Assembly: GCA_903851045.1 (NCBI GenBank)
Contig: CAINNF010000023.1
Coordinates: forward strand, 202 to 64,201
DNA length: 64,000 nucleotides
Source: Candidatus Adlerbacteria bacterium
GTDB taxonomy: Bacteria > Patescibacteriota > Minisyncoccia > Phycocordibacterales > SBAW01
Direction of reading: 5' to 3'
This document shows positions 31,922-41,953 of this stretch, one piece after another (position 1 is the first letter of the stretch; each line of letters starts with the position of its first letter). The notes below the pieces were generated by a model. That model was not told the origin of the DNA. It ran no database searches and saw nothing but the letters and a program-made list of their open reading frames with translations. The position numbers were made by a program, and so were the translations under genes.

Positions 31922-34378
31922 ATGTTCTACGCGCAACTACAACAAAAAGCGGAGATATATGCCGGAGCGCTCCTTGTCGAAGACGTCGTCTCTACTCGTA
32001 TACGACAGATCATCACCGGCGTCAGTGGGCTGCTAGCGGTGCTATGCTTCGCGGTCCTCATCGTGGGCAGCATCACGTTGAAGGTGCCGTTCGCGCCGTA
32101 CGCCCATTTCTGCATGGGAGGATGCCTGTTCTTCGTCTCGGTCTGGCTGCTGTTCGCGCTCCTCGACGCGTTCTACAGTTCGTACTACTTCCTCGACGTA
32201 CGGTGCACGCTCAAAGAGCCTGCGATGGGCACGGATGTGCCCCTGAGCTTCGAGGTCGCACGGATGATCAGCGGCGAGGATAGGAGCGACAGCACCCTCG
32301 CGCTCATGCGTTCGAACTTCGGCCTCGAAGTGTTGACGCGACTCGGATTGAACGCCAGCGACATACAACAATTCTTCAACACGCGAACGGCACCCCCCGA
32401 CAGCAGTGTGTTGGAGTTCGGGACGGACCGGATCACCGCCCCCTTGTTCGCACACGTGGTGTATAAGAGCGATCAAGCCTTCTCGTCGTTCCTGTTCGCA
32501 CAGGGTATACAAGAAAAGGACTTCGTGGGAGCGTCTGAGTGGGTGTCGAACACGCGCGACCGCGCGAAACGTCTTGAGCGTTGGTGGAGCAGGGATTCGC
32601 TTGGGCGAACGCCAAGTCTCGGCAAACAGTGGTCATATGGTCAGATCCACAATCTCCAAAAGTTCTCCGCCGAACTCTTCTCCAGCGAGAGCGTCGGTGC
32701 CGCAGCCTCGACCAGCGAGATCGATCAGCTCGAGAACGTGCTTGTGCGTGCTCGTGGTGCCAATGCGCTCATCGTCGCCGACCTGGGTTCCGGCGAGATG
32801 GACATCGTCTATGGTCTCCTCGGGAGGATCCGCGCAGGCACTGTGCTACCGCCACTGGAAGGCAAGCGCATACTGCGATTCCTAGCGGGCGTTCTGATCG
32901 ACGCCTCGCAGGGCAACAAAACCTCCTTCGAGACCTCCTTCGTGATGCTCCTGAACGAGGCGATCCGTGCAGGAGACATCATCCTGCTCCTGGAGGACCT
33001 CCCTGGACTCATCGAGAACGCGCGCAGTATCGGCGTCGACCTCTCGAGCTTACTGAGCCCCTACCTCACCTCGTCCAACGTCCAGATCGTCGCCATCGCG
33101 GACAAAGGGCGTTTCCACGAGACGATTGAGAGCGATACGACGCTGCGTAACGGCTTCGAGATCATTCGCGTCACCGAGAAGGATGAGAAGCTGCTCACCG
33201 CCATCCTCGAGGACGAGGTGCTGGTCGCAGAAGCTCGGTCCGGCCTGGTCTTTACCTTCCAAGCGGTCGAGGCGCTGGCGAGCAGTGTCACCCGTTTTTT
33301 TGCCGATGACGTGCCGCTCGACAAAGCGAAGGACCTACTCGAAGAACTGCCGATCGCGGTGCAGCGCACGGGCAGGAGTCTCATCACACGTGAGGACGTA
33401 CAAGCACTGGTCGCCACCAAGACAGGCGTACCACAGGAAGGTGCGGTGACGGACAGCGAAAAGGACAAGCTACTCAACCTCGAGTCGATACTCCACGGCA
33501 GGGTCATCGGTCAGGACGAAGCGATCGAAGGTGTCGCCAACACCATGCGGCGAGCACGTGCCGGACTGCGCAACCCCAACCGACCACTAGGTTCGTTCCT
33601 CTTCCTCGGACCTACCGGTGTCGGCAAGACCGAGACCGCGAAAGCGCTCGAAGAGGTCTTCTTCGGCGCACAGGCACCGATGCTGCGACTCGATATGTCC
33701 GAGTACTCCGACGCGGGGGCGCTCCAGCGGCTCATCGGCTCGTTCGAAGGCGGCAAGTCCGGCACGCTCGTGTCGTTGCTGCGCGACCAGCAGTACGGCG
33801 TGCTGCTGCTCGACGAGTTCGAAAAAGCCAGCGACGACGTACACAATCTCTTCCTTCAGGTGCTCGATGAAGGAGTGTTCTCCGACGCTCAGGGCAAGAA
33901 GGTCAACGCGCGCAATACTATCATCATCGCCACATCGAACGCTGGCAGTGACCGCATCTTCACGATCGTGTCCGAGGGCAAGGATCTCGCCGCGGAGAAG
34001 GACTCGTTTATCGCGGCACTGATCGAAAACAAGATCTTCCGGCCCGAACTTATCAACCGTTTCGACGGTGTGGTCCTTTTTCATCCGCTCAAAAAAGAGC
34101 AGATGGCTGACATAGCGACGCTCCAAATAAAGAAGCTGGCCGGACGACTCGCAGCACAAGGACTCAAGCTCTCGATCACCCCTACCCTCGTCGACTACCT
34201 CATCCGCAACGGATTCAACGAGAAGTTCGGTGCGCGCTCGATGAACCGGGTCCTCCAGGAGAATGTGGAGAAGTTGTTGGCCGAAAGCCTCATCCGAGGC
34301 GATGTGAAGACGGGCGCCACCGTCGAACTCGTTTCCGCTCCCGACTCTCCGGATACGCTCACCGTACAGGTCGTGTGA
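31922..34378 (+). CDS. Membrane-anchored ClpA/B-family AAA+ ATPase
   Basis: Two N-terminal TMs; D2 VIGQDEA, FLGPTGVGKT, RLDMSEY, LLDEFEKA, FRPELINRFD, FGAR. Confidence 0.88.
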   Translation: MFYAQLQQKAEIYAGALLVEDVVSTRIRQIITGVSGLLAVLCFAVLIVGSITLKVPFAPYAHFCMGGCLFFVSVWLLFALLDAFYSSYYFLDVRCTLKEPAMGTDVPLSFEVARMISGEDRSDSTLALMRSNFGLEVLTRLGLNASDIQQFFNTRTAPPDSSVLEFGTDRITAPLFAHVVYKSDQAFSSFLFAQGIQEKDFVGASEWVSNTRDRAKRLERWWSRDSLGRTPSLGKQWSYGQIHNLQKFSAELFSSESVGAAASTSEIDQLENVLVRARGANALIVADLGSGEMDIVYGLLGRIRAGTVLPPLEGKRILRFLAGVLIDASQGNKTSFETSFVMLLNEAIRAGDIILLLEDLPGLIENARSIGVDLSSLLSPYLTSSNVQIVAIADKGRFHETIESDTTLRNGFEIIRVTEKDEKLLTAILEDEVLVAEARSGLVFTFQAVEALASSVTRFFADDVPLDKAKDLLEELPIAVQRTGRSLITREDVQALVATKTGVPQEGAVTDSEKDKLLNLESILHGRVIGQDEAIEGVANTMRRARAGLRNPNRPLGSFLFLGPTGVGKTETAKALEEVFFGAQAPMLRLDMSEYSDAGALQRLIGSFEGGKSGTLVSLLRDQQYGVLLLDEFEKASDDVHNLFLQVLDEGVFSDAQGKKVNARNTIIIATSNAGSDRIFTIVSEGKDLAAEKDSFIAALIENKIFRPELINRFDGVVLFHPLKKEQMADIATLQIKKLAGRLAAQGLKLSITPTLVDYLIRNGFNEKFGARSMNRVLQENVEKLLAESLIRGDVKTGATVELVSAPDSPDTLTVQVV

Positions 34379-34507
34379 CACCTTGCGCGGCGATGGGACA
34401 TGCACCAAAAACCGGGTACCGTACGTAGACCTGTATAGGAGTTCAAAAATGCCCATCTCCGAAGACTGGCGGTTTTGAACCCCTGAAACTGTAAGGGATA
34501 TTAATGG

Positions 34508-35077
34508 ATGCTACGTGTTCTTGTCGTGTGTTTCGTGCTTTTTGACGGGGCTTCTCCATGCCTCGCCAAAGACATACACGGAACGACCACGCAGGCAACT
34601 GTGGGAACGAAAGTTAGAGCGAATTCGAGTTACTACGACGAACGAGGGAAGCTGTTGGCCGATGGCACCTGCTTCCAGGACGTCGTAGAAGTTGCCGCAG
34701 GTTCACCGACACTGCTTCATACTATCGTTCGGGTTGAAAATCCAGAGACGGGTGCGGTCATCGGGCGCGTATACATCAGGGATGTACACGGCTCCTGCCC
34801 ACAAGGTGACGTGTGTCTAGACCTGACACGATCAGCTGCTCGACAATTGGACCTTCTTGAAAGAGGGAGAATGCGACTCACCGCGACGGTCGTGGGATAC
34901 TTCCCCGCCGAACACCACCAAGAACATGCGTGTGGACCGACACACACTCGCACGACACGTTCCCAACCTCAGCACCGCCCCAGACCATCGGGGCGGATTT
35001 TTTTGACCCCGTCTCCCCTACTCGGTCGTCGCTTCGGCGAAATGCAAGAGTCGCAGGAATCGAAACAGTCGAAGTAA
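34508..35077 (+). CDS. Secreted RlpA-like double-psi beta-barrel protein
   Basis: Signal peptide; SSYY...ADG..F, VRVENPETG, LDLTRSAARQL. Confidence 0.55.
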   Translation: MLRVLVVCFVLFDGASPCLAKDIHGTTTQATVGTKVRANSSYYDERGKLLADGTCFQDVVEVAAGSPTLLHTIVRVENPETGAVIGRVYIRDVHGSCPQGDVCLDLTRSAARQLDLLERGRMRLTATVVGYFPAEHHQEHACGPTHTRTTRSQPQHRPRPSGRIFLTPSPLLGRRFGEMQESQESKQSK

Positions 35078-35395
35078 TCGCAACGCTTGCGTGAGCGGTG
35101 TCGTGATAGGAATGGCCGCCAACAGTTCCCACCAACGAGCCTTGAAGAACTTCTTTCGCTTTTTGGCCATCAGAAACTTGAACGCGAACTCTCCAAGGAA
35201 TACCATCGCGATACACAGGTCGACCAGATCGAACACCTGCGTCTGTTCCTCCGACAGCGTCGTCGTGAACTCGAGGAACAACAACAGCGCGCTGATGAGC
35301 GCCAAGGTCACCATTGCACCTTCGATCCACCATGCGGTTTTTACACGCCTCATCTTCTTCAGCGCGCGCGACTTCCACTTCCCTCTGTGTGCCAT
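35018..35395 (-). CDS. Stand-alone voltage-sensor-like (S1-S4) ion-transport domain
   Basis: S2 DLCIAMVFLGEF, S3 WWELLAAIP, S4 LRLLRLFRFLRL; no pore region. Confidence 0.7.
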   Translation of the reverse strand: MAHRGKWKSRALKKMRRVKTAWWIEGAMVTLALISALLLFLEFTTTLSEEQTQVFDLVDLCIAMVFLGEFAFKFLMAKKRKKFFKARWWELLAAIPITTPLTQALRLLRLFRFLRLLHFAEATTE

Positions 35396-35424
35396 AGGTC
35401 TAGAGTACTACCCGCACACAGTAT

Positions 35425-35474
35425 TTGACAAATCTATTTTTTAATATTATAACTTATTGTAAACTTGACACTAA
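35425..35474 (+). promoter_or_regulatory. Sigma70 promoter with an adjacent NrtR-type operator
   Basis: TTGACA(35425)-N17-TATAAC; box TTATT-GT-AAACTTG-AC-ACTAA at 35454-35474. Confidence 0.7.
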
Positions 35475-35600
35475 GTATCCAAAAGGATACTCTTTACTCA
35501 GACATCAAACATGTTGACGAATATAGTCAAATGTTGTAAAAGAAAGCCTGTTCCTTGAGAACTGAATACCCATTGCAACAACACACAAAGGTTCACGGCC

Positions 35601-36392
35601 ATGGCCCAACGTCTGCGTCTCAGGCGCGCTACCAAGCACGGCAGTAACCACATCCGTCTCGGTTTCAACAACCAGGATGCAGCTGAAGCCCAAACGTTCG
35701 CTATCCCCTCGCGGGGTCAGGCGTACTACGTCGGGCTCGTCTCTGACGGATGTACCGGGAACCCGATGTGGAGCCACAACGAAGTCGGCGCGAGTTTGCT
35801 CACGCTCTATGCGTACCGGCGGATCCAAGAACTGGTGTGCTCCGGCATATCACTCAGCGATATCCCGAAGGTGCTCTATCCGAGTTGCACGGAGTTCCTG
35901 CTCGACCTGATGGGCAAAGTAATGCCCTCACATGTCGTATGGAAATATCCGACGCCACCCAAAGGACGCGACACCTGGAGCGGCCAAACGCGCTTCAAGA
36001 ACGATTACCTTTCGGCCACCCTCGTCGGCTTTATAACTGATGGGGAGCAGCTGGTGGTCTTCTCGGCTGGTGATGGGATTATCCTCGTGAATGACGAAGT
36101 GACCATCATCGACCAGAACGACCTTCCCGAATACCTGTCGGTCTCGATCAACGACCCGAACCAAGGCTTTGCCGTTTCAACCAGAGCTTTTGCCGAGGTG
36201 CGACGGCTCGCCATCATGACCGACGGCCTGAAAGGGCTTGTCGGTGACACGCGGTTCGTAGCGAGCATGTTCGGTTCGGAGCACGAGAATCCCTTGGCGC
36301 TCCAGTTCCTCTTGAACCGTACGTTCAATGCTACACCCAACCTGATGAGCGACGACTGCACGGTCGTCACACTCGAGCGGGAGGACGAATAG
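35601..36392 (+). CDS. PP2C-like protein phosphatase (TerY-P triad type)
   Basis: GSNH..NNQDA, VSDGC, SATL, AGDG, MTDG, SDDCT. Confidence 0.85.
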   Translation: MAQRLRLRRATKHGSNHIRLGFNNQDAAEAQTFAIPSRGQAYYVGLVSDGCTGNPMWSHNEVGASLLTLYAYRRIQELVCSGISLSDIPKVLYPSCTEFLLDLMGKVMPSHVVWKYPTPPKGRDTWSGQTRFKNDYLSATLVGFITDGEQLVVFSAGDGIILVNDEVTIIDQNDLPEYLSVSINDPNQGFAVSTRAFAEVRRLAIMTDGLKGLVGDTRFVASMFGSEHENPLALQFLLNRTFNATPNLMSDDCTVVTLEREDE

Positions 36393-38345
36393 ATGTATCG
36401 AATAGATACGACGGAATACCAAGAAGACCGGCGGGTGAAACTAGGAGGTGGTTCGGAGGGTACGGTCTACGCCTTCCCTGCGGATCCGCTCGATTGCGTA
36501 AAACTCTTCCATCCTCCAGAAAAAGGAAACAAGGAGGCGGCAACAATCGCCGCCTATCGCGCACGGAAGATCGAGGGCATCCTCAAGCTTCCGATCACGC
36601 TGCCTGAGCAGTTCATTCTGCCAAAGGCAGCAGCCCACGATGCGAACGGCGGGGTGACTGGCTTCCTCATGCGGCGCGTACCTGCACACTATGGCAAGAT
36701 AAAGTTGCTCCTAGAATCGCGATTCCGTACCGACTACCAAATCGGTCTGCGCGAGATAAGCCGATTGTTCGCGGATATTCTCGACGATCTTGCGCTCGTG
36801 CACACTTCGAACATAGTTGTCGGCGACATAAACGCAGGCAGCATCATGATCGATCCAAAGCTCGCGCGCGCGTGGGTAGATGCGGATTCCTGGAGCTATC
36901 CGGGGTTCCCTTCCCTCGCAACGACCGAACTCTTCTGCCACCCGGACCTCTATCCGAACATTGGTGGTAGCGGCACGTTCGTAAGGCACCAACCACACCA
37001 CGATCGGTTTTCGATCGCGATCATGTATGTGCTGATGGCAATCCACGGTGCACACCCGTTCCGCATGGGGCTGCATCCTCAGTACAGCAGCTTGCAGGAT
37101 AGGACGCGCCAAAAGCTCACCATCTTCGACCAAAGCGTCCAATACCCGGCATATCTGCCTAAGCGTGAGATTCTCAGCGACGAGCTGATCAACACGCTTT
37201 TGCAGGTTCTCACCCGCACAACCAACGAACCGATCCCGACCGACCTTCTTCGTACGTTCGCTCACACGGTGGTGGTGTGCGCCAACTGCGGCGCGCAATA
37301 TCATCCATCTCGCAAGCACTGCCCCCAGTGCCACACGACGACCGCGATCGACATCGGCAAGCTCACCAAACTCACCATCGACGACGCCTACTTCACCACG
37401 CGCGGTACGATCCTCTTCGTACAGTCGGTCGGTACCGAACTTCGTGTTATCGTGCGCGTCGGAAACAGCATCGAGATCGTATGTGCGAGCGACACCAATC
37501 AATCGCACACGATACGAACCAGTCTCGCAGCCATACCGGGCGCTGCCTACCGCTTCTTCGACACCTACCTCGCCGTCTGCACGAACCCGTTCGCACCGTC
37601 ACCAGTACACATCACAGTGTATCGGCTCAACGGCACAAGATTGGATCGTGTAACTCAGACGTCGACCGGAAGTCTTGAGAACGCAGCGGCATTGTTCGAC
37701 ACGTCGTCTCGGTTCTTATATCGCACGGCAGGTAACACCCTACTGTGCAGCCGAGTCTTCGGCGCAACGACACTCGACGAGCCGGTCATGCAAGTCTTCG
37801 GCTCGCAGACATGGTTCACCGTTGATCACGCGCCAGCGAATGCTCACGAGGTGATCTTCGGCTACGACCGAGCGCTCAGGGACTGGCAGTGGTTCGTCGT
37901 CCGCGGCAACAAGGACGGCGACCGCTTCGAGCACCATATCGCTCCGGTGACGACGCTGCGTAGCGGCGAGAAACTCGTCGACTTCGCAGTGTACTTCAAC
38001 GCAGACTCGGTGCTGCTGGTGCGCTCGACACTCTATCGTGGTATCGGACATGTCCGGTACGCGGTGATCGGTTTCGAGGGTACGGTGCGCCTTGAGCGCA
38101 TGCTCACCTCGAAGGATACCGCCTACGCATACTGGGAACATGTTTCCGGAAAGCTCTATCAGGCGACCGGGGTCGTACACGTGATGCCCGACGGACTCGT
38201 CAAACACACGTTCGCGACCGACACCTATGAATTGCTTGTCGGTACAAAAAACGTCGCGGCCCAGTCGGATATTCTGATCAAGCTCGACAGCGGCGTAGGC
38301 ATCATCAAGAACAGGAGTATCACACGCTTCTCGAAAAAGAAGTGA
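36393..38345 (+). CDS. Ser/Thr kinase (YegI/TerY-P triad type) with Zn ribbon and beta-rich C-terminus
   Basis: LGGGSEGTVY, VKLF, VVGDIN, VDADSW, DRFS; CxxC..CxxC. Confidence 0.85.
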   Translation: MYRIDTTEYQEDRRVKLGGGSEGTVYAFPADPLDCVKLFHPPEKGNKEAATIAAYRARKIEGILKLPITLPEQFILPKAAAHDANGGVTGFLMRRVPAHYGKIKLLLESRFRTDYQIGLREISRLFADILDDLALVHTSNIVVGDINAGSIMIDPKLARAWVDADSWSYPGFPSLATTELFCHPDLYPNIGGSGTFVRHQPHHDRFSIAIMYVLMAIHGAHPFRMGLHPQYSSLQDRTRQKLTIFDQSVQYPAYLPKREILSDELINTLLQVLTRTTNEPIPTDLLRTFAHTVVVCANCGAQYHPSRKHCPQCHTTTAIDIGKLTKLTIDDAYFTTRGTILFVQSVGTELRVIVRVGNSIEIVCASDTNQSHTIRTSLAAIPGAAYRFFDTYLAVCTNPFAPSPVHITVYRLNGTRLDRVTQTSTGSLENAAALFDTSSRFLYRTAGNTLLCSRVFGATTLDEPVMQVFGSQTWFTVDHAPANAHEVIFGYDRALRDWQWFVVRGNKDGDRFEHHIAPVTTLRSGEKLVDFAVYFNADSVLLVRSTLYRGIGHVRYAVIGFEGTVRLERMLTSKDTAYAYWEHVSGKLYQATGVVHVMPDGLVKHTFATDTYELLVGTKNVAAQSDILIKLDSGVGIIKNRSITRFSKKK

Positions 38346-38395
38346 CTTGCTACAGCCTTACGTCTACCCACCACCCCGTATAAGGAACAACGACC

Positions 38396-39466
38396 ATGAG
38401 TCAGATCTCTGTGATCATCGCCGACCACGCCCCGCTCGTGTATACACCGAAGTTCTGGGACCCTGCGAAGGCGTACCAGGACTTCAAGCCCGCCCTCGAA
38501 GGGGCGTATACGGAAGGCGTCGAATACGCCCGAAAGCACGCTCTGGAACCTGCACATTCGCTTATCGCACGCGGCATCGGCCATGCCGCATGGCTCACCG
38601 ACCTGCAGCAGGACTTCCGTGACAACGGACGTCTGCCCGTGAAAGGAACCGACACCGCCGTGCTGCGCACGTGCGTCCGGCTCCTGAACGGTACGGTCTC
38701 CGGCTACTTTGCTGGCGTCATTGAGTCTCGTGATGGCCACCCCGGCCAGCATATCTCGTATGACATCTACTGGCGCGATCAGCAAGGCAACGCCCTTGAT
38801 CTGCGCCAACATGGCAACGCCGCATGTCTCACGCTTGTCGATGAACAAAAGGCAGTGTTCAAGGCCTATGGCTTCAATGCCAATGGCCCGTACGACATCG
38901 GCTACTTCCAGCCTCGCTTCGATGCCGCGCCGCCGAGAAACCCAAACGTTCCCGACCGTTCGGCCGTGAGCTACTGGAAACATCTCCAAGCGACCGGCCA
39001 AGGCGACATCTGGGCGTTCACTGTCCACTGCAAGCTCGGCACCGACGGCGCCAACGTGCACCCACTCCTCTTGGAGGTGCTGGCGTTCATCGAAGGCGCG
39101 CTGTCGATGCAGGAGACTATCGTCGCCAAAGGGCATATCAGCACGACCGACTGGTTCGGCGCGTTCGAACCCTGCTGGCCTGATGCCGGCCACCCACAAG
39201 GGGGTCTGCAGAAGGCAATCATCGACGGCTTCAAGCCCTTCGTGACTGTGGAGGCATTCGGCGTTGCCGAGGACTTCTGCGTCTACCACGGCAAGCGGCA
39301 AGCGATGCTCTATCTGCAAGGCACCGAGCACTTCGCAAAGCTCCGCTTCGTCACTGACGGCACCGCTGCGATCATCCCGAACGCAGCGCATGTGATCGCC
39401 CAGAACGAACTGGCGCGCAAAGGTGGCATCAAGTTCATCACCCACGACGCACCCTTGGCAGCGTAG
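38396..39466 (+). CDS. Nicotinamidase/isochorismatase-family cysteine hydrolase
   Basis: DLQQDF, SRDGH, HCKLGT, KG, GVAEDFCV (Asp-Lys-Cys triad). Confidence 0.75.
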   Translation: MSQISVIIADHAPLVYTPKFWDPAKAYQDFKPALEGAYTEGVEYARKHALEPAHSLIARGIGHAAWLTDLQQDFRDNGRLPVKGTDTAVLRTCVRLLNGTVSGYFAGVIESRDGHPGQHISYDIYWRDQQGNALDLRQHGNAACLTLVDEQKAVFKAYGFNANGPYDIGYFQPRFDAAPPRNPNVPDRSAVSYWKHLQATGQGDIWAFTVHCKLGTDGANVHPLLLEVLAFIEGALSMQETIVAKGHISTTDWFGAFEPCWPDAGHPQGGLQKAIIDGFKPFVTVEAFGVAEDFCVYHGKRQAMLYLQGTEHFAKLRFVTDGTAAIIPNAAHVIAQNELARKGGIKFITHDAPLAA

Positions 39467-39538
39467 GCTCGAAGACCGCCAGCGGCACAAGTGCCGCTGG
39501 CGCCTCTCTCCCGAACGAACAATATAGGAGTACGCCTC

Positions 39539-40381
39539 ATGGCCTCTCAAACGGTTAATCCGACCGATATCGCATCGTTCTTCGCTGATCCTGCCGCAAG
39601 CAACGCCATCACCCTGGGCGCCCAGCAAATCGCTGCACCCGTGGTGAGTGGTCAAGCGATCACCTTCGAAGACCTGTCCCAAGGCGGCGGCATTCGGATC
39701 GTGTTCCTTGTCATCGATGCATCTCCTTCGATGGAGCCGGTCGCGGATCTTCTCCGCGACAGCTTTAACAAGGATTTCATCCCTGCGGTCCAGGATGCTC
39801 GCGCCGACGATATCGCAGTACTGCGCATCGGCGGCCTGGCATTCTCGACGAAGATCACGCCAATCTGGCAGAGCGGCGGAAACGGCTTCCATGCTTTGGA
39901 CCAACTTCCCAAGTTGACCAAGGCAGAATACGACCCCGAACAAGGGTGGGGCACCGCACTACACAAGGCGATCCTCACCGGCACCGCAACTGCCGTCAGC
40001 TATGCGGCTCTCCTGCGCGCCCAGATGGGCATCCAACCCGAGGTAGACGTGATCACGTTCACCGACGGTGCCAACAACGAACAGCCTGCAGACCCAGCCG
40101 AGGTTCGCACGGTCATCGTCGGTGGTCGCAGCACTCTCGTGCGACACACGTTCCTGTACTTCCAGACGGACCTGGGAGCAAGGAATCCGCAGAAGATCGG
40201 GCTTGATCTCGGCTATGACGGCGAGAACATCTCGGTCTTCACGAAAAAGCCCAACGAGTCCAGCGAGAGCTATGCGAGCCGCTTCCGTCGCCTGATGCGA
40301 GTCATGAGCCGCGTGTCGGCTTCGCGCGGCGCAAGCGCCACGAACGCAGCCGCTGCCGTCGTGGAAGAAGACGCGGTCTAG
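39539..40381 (+). CDS. vWA domain protein (TerY-like)
   Basis: MIDAS residues DASPS, GTAL, FTDG; AGGAG RBS. Confidence 0.85.
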   Translation: MASQTVNPTDIASFFADPAASNAITLGAQQIAAPVVSGQAITFEDLSQGGGIRIVFLVIDASPSMEPVADLLRDSFNKDFIPAVQDARADDIAVLRIGGLAFSTKITPIWQSGGNGFHALDQLPKLTKAEYDPEQGWGTALHKAILTGTATAVSYAALLRAQMGIQPEVDVITFTDGANNEQPADPAEVRTVIVGGRSTLVRHTFLYFQTDLGARNPQKIGLDLGYDGENISVFTKKPNESSESYASRFRRLMRVMSRVSASRGASATNAAAAVVEEDAV

Positions 40382-40550
40382 TTCAACATTGCGATGGGTA
40401 TGATCGGCGCTCCGTAAGGAGATGAGTCGAGACACGTTCTACACACTTCGGGGGAGGTCACTGACCTCCCCCTCTTTATAAGGCGCCTGGACCCTTCGGG
40501 CGTCGTTAGAGAAGTTCTTTATCACTCACACAACAACAGGAAACCATCCG

Positions 40551-41909
40551 ATGACCGACTTCGTTGGACGTGTACTGCGACCCGAGCGAGACAACTGGGT
40601 CATCCGGTCGCTCCTCCATATAGACTTCTACAAGTTCACGATGGGACTGTTCATCTACCGATACTTCCGTGGTGTCGAGGTGACGTTTGCGTTCATCAAC
40701 CGTCACCTGCACATTCCGCTCGCACGCATCGTCGATGAAATAGAACTGCGGCGACAGCTTGACCATGCGCGTACGCTCATAATCCAGCATGTGGACCTCT
40801 TCTTCCTGCGGAGCATGGACGTCTTCGGATATCCTATGTTCCCGCCGGACTACCTCGAGTTCCTCATGCAGCTGCGACTCGGCACGTACAAGCTGGAACG
40901 TGTCGGCGACCAATATCGCCTCACATTCACCGGCCCCTGGGAGGTAGTCACCTTTTGGGAAACGATCGCACTGTCGATCATCACCGAGCTCTTCTATCGC
41001 ACACTCATGGAGAGCATGACGGAAACGCAGCTCAACGTACTGTTCGGTCGCATGTACGACAAGCTCTACCGAAAGCTGGAGCGTTTGGCGACAAGACCGT
41101 GGATTCGGTTCGCGGACTTCAGCACTCGGCGACACTTTTCTCGCCTGTGGCAGCGTACCGCCGTTATAATGGCTCGCGAGATGGTCCCGACGCAGTTCAC
41201 AGGTACGAGCAATGCACAACTTGCCCGTGAACTGGACTGCACACCGATCGGCACCTACGCGCACGAACTGCCGATCGTAGTGACCGCGCTCGCTCCCCGG
41301 GCACAGCGAATAACGGCACAATACACGGTGCTACCGCTGTGGGCCAGCTTGTTCCCCAAGGGAGGCTTGCGTATCACTCTGCCGGACACGTACGGGACGA
41401 AGGCATTCTTTAAGCACATGCCGCCCGACTTGGCCGAGCAGGTGGCGCGAGAGTGGCGCGGATTCAGAGATGACTCCGGCGACACTATCGCAAATGGAAG
41501 ACAGTACGTCGGTTGGTATGCGCAATTCGGCATCAACCCAAAGCAAGACGGGAAGATCATGATCCCGTCCGACGGGCTCGATGTTGACCCGATGTTCGCG
41601 ATCGATGATGCTCTTCGCGAACTCATCGGTCTTGCCAACGGCTGGGGAACCAACTTTGGCAACGGCATCGAAGGATGCCATCCTCGACCCGACGACGAAG
41701 CGGTGGTGCGTGGCGAGAAGCTCGGCATCAGCAATGATGTACTCTTCCGTGGTCACTCGTTCATCTGCAAGCCTGCGTTCGCGAACAACAACCCGTGCGT
41801 CAAGATCTCCAACAATCCCAACAAGGCAACGGGCGACAGCTATGCTGTAGCCGAGTACACAAAGGACTTCGGTACGGAAGGCCACGTCGCGCAAGACGTG
41901 CTCGTGTAA
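40551..41909 (+). CDS. pncB: Nicotinate phosphoribosyltransferase
   Basis: SLLHIDFYKFTM, ADFSTRRHFS, GTSN, GTYAHE, LPDTYGT, RDDSGD, SDGL, GWGTN, VKIS. Confidence 0.92.
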   Translation: MTDFVGRVLRPERDNWVIRSLLHIDFYKFTMGLFIYRYFRGVEVTFAFINRHLHIPLARIVDEIELRRQLDHARTLIIQHVDLFFLRSMDVFGYPMFPPDYLEFLMQLRLGTYKLERVGDQYRLTFTGPWEVVTFWETIALSIITELFYRTLMESMTETQLNVLFGRMYDKLYRKLERLATRPWIRFADFSTRRHFSRLWQRTAVIMAREMVPTQFTGTSNAQLARELDCTPIGTYAHELPIVVTALAPRAQRITAQYTVLPLWASLFPKGGLRITLPDTYGTKAFFKHMPPDLAEQVAREWRGFRDDSGDTIANGRQYVGWYAQFGINPKQDGKIMIPSDGLDVDPMFAIDDALRELIGLANGWGTNFGNGIEGCHPRPDDEAVVRGEKLGISNDVLFRGHSFICKPAFANNNPCVKISNNPNKATGDSYAVAEYTKDFGTEGHVAQDVLV

Positions 41910-41923
41910 GTGCCTACACTCAG

Positions 41924-41953
41924 ATCCCCAAGCGAGATGCTTGGGGATTTTTT
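41924..41953. terminator. Terminator between convergent pncB and nrtR
   Basis: ATCCCCAAGC-GAGAT-GCTTGGGGAT-TTTTT. Confidence 0.75.

Noticed and set aside
35514-35530. Shared TTGAC-Nx-GTCAA operator at 35514, 44463 and 57799
   Set aside because: Spacers differ (7, 8 and 4 nt), so a single regulator cannot be claimed
38225-39943. 572-aa minus-strand ORF and other long antisense ORFs (57837-59090, 61525-62586, 33587-34456)
   Set aside because: Shadows of well-supported genes on the opposite strand in GC-rich DNA
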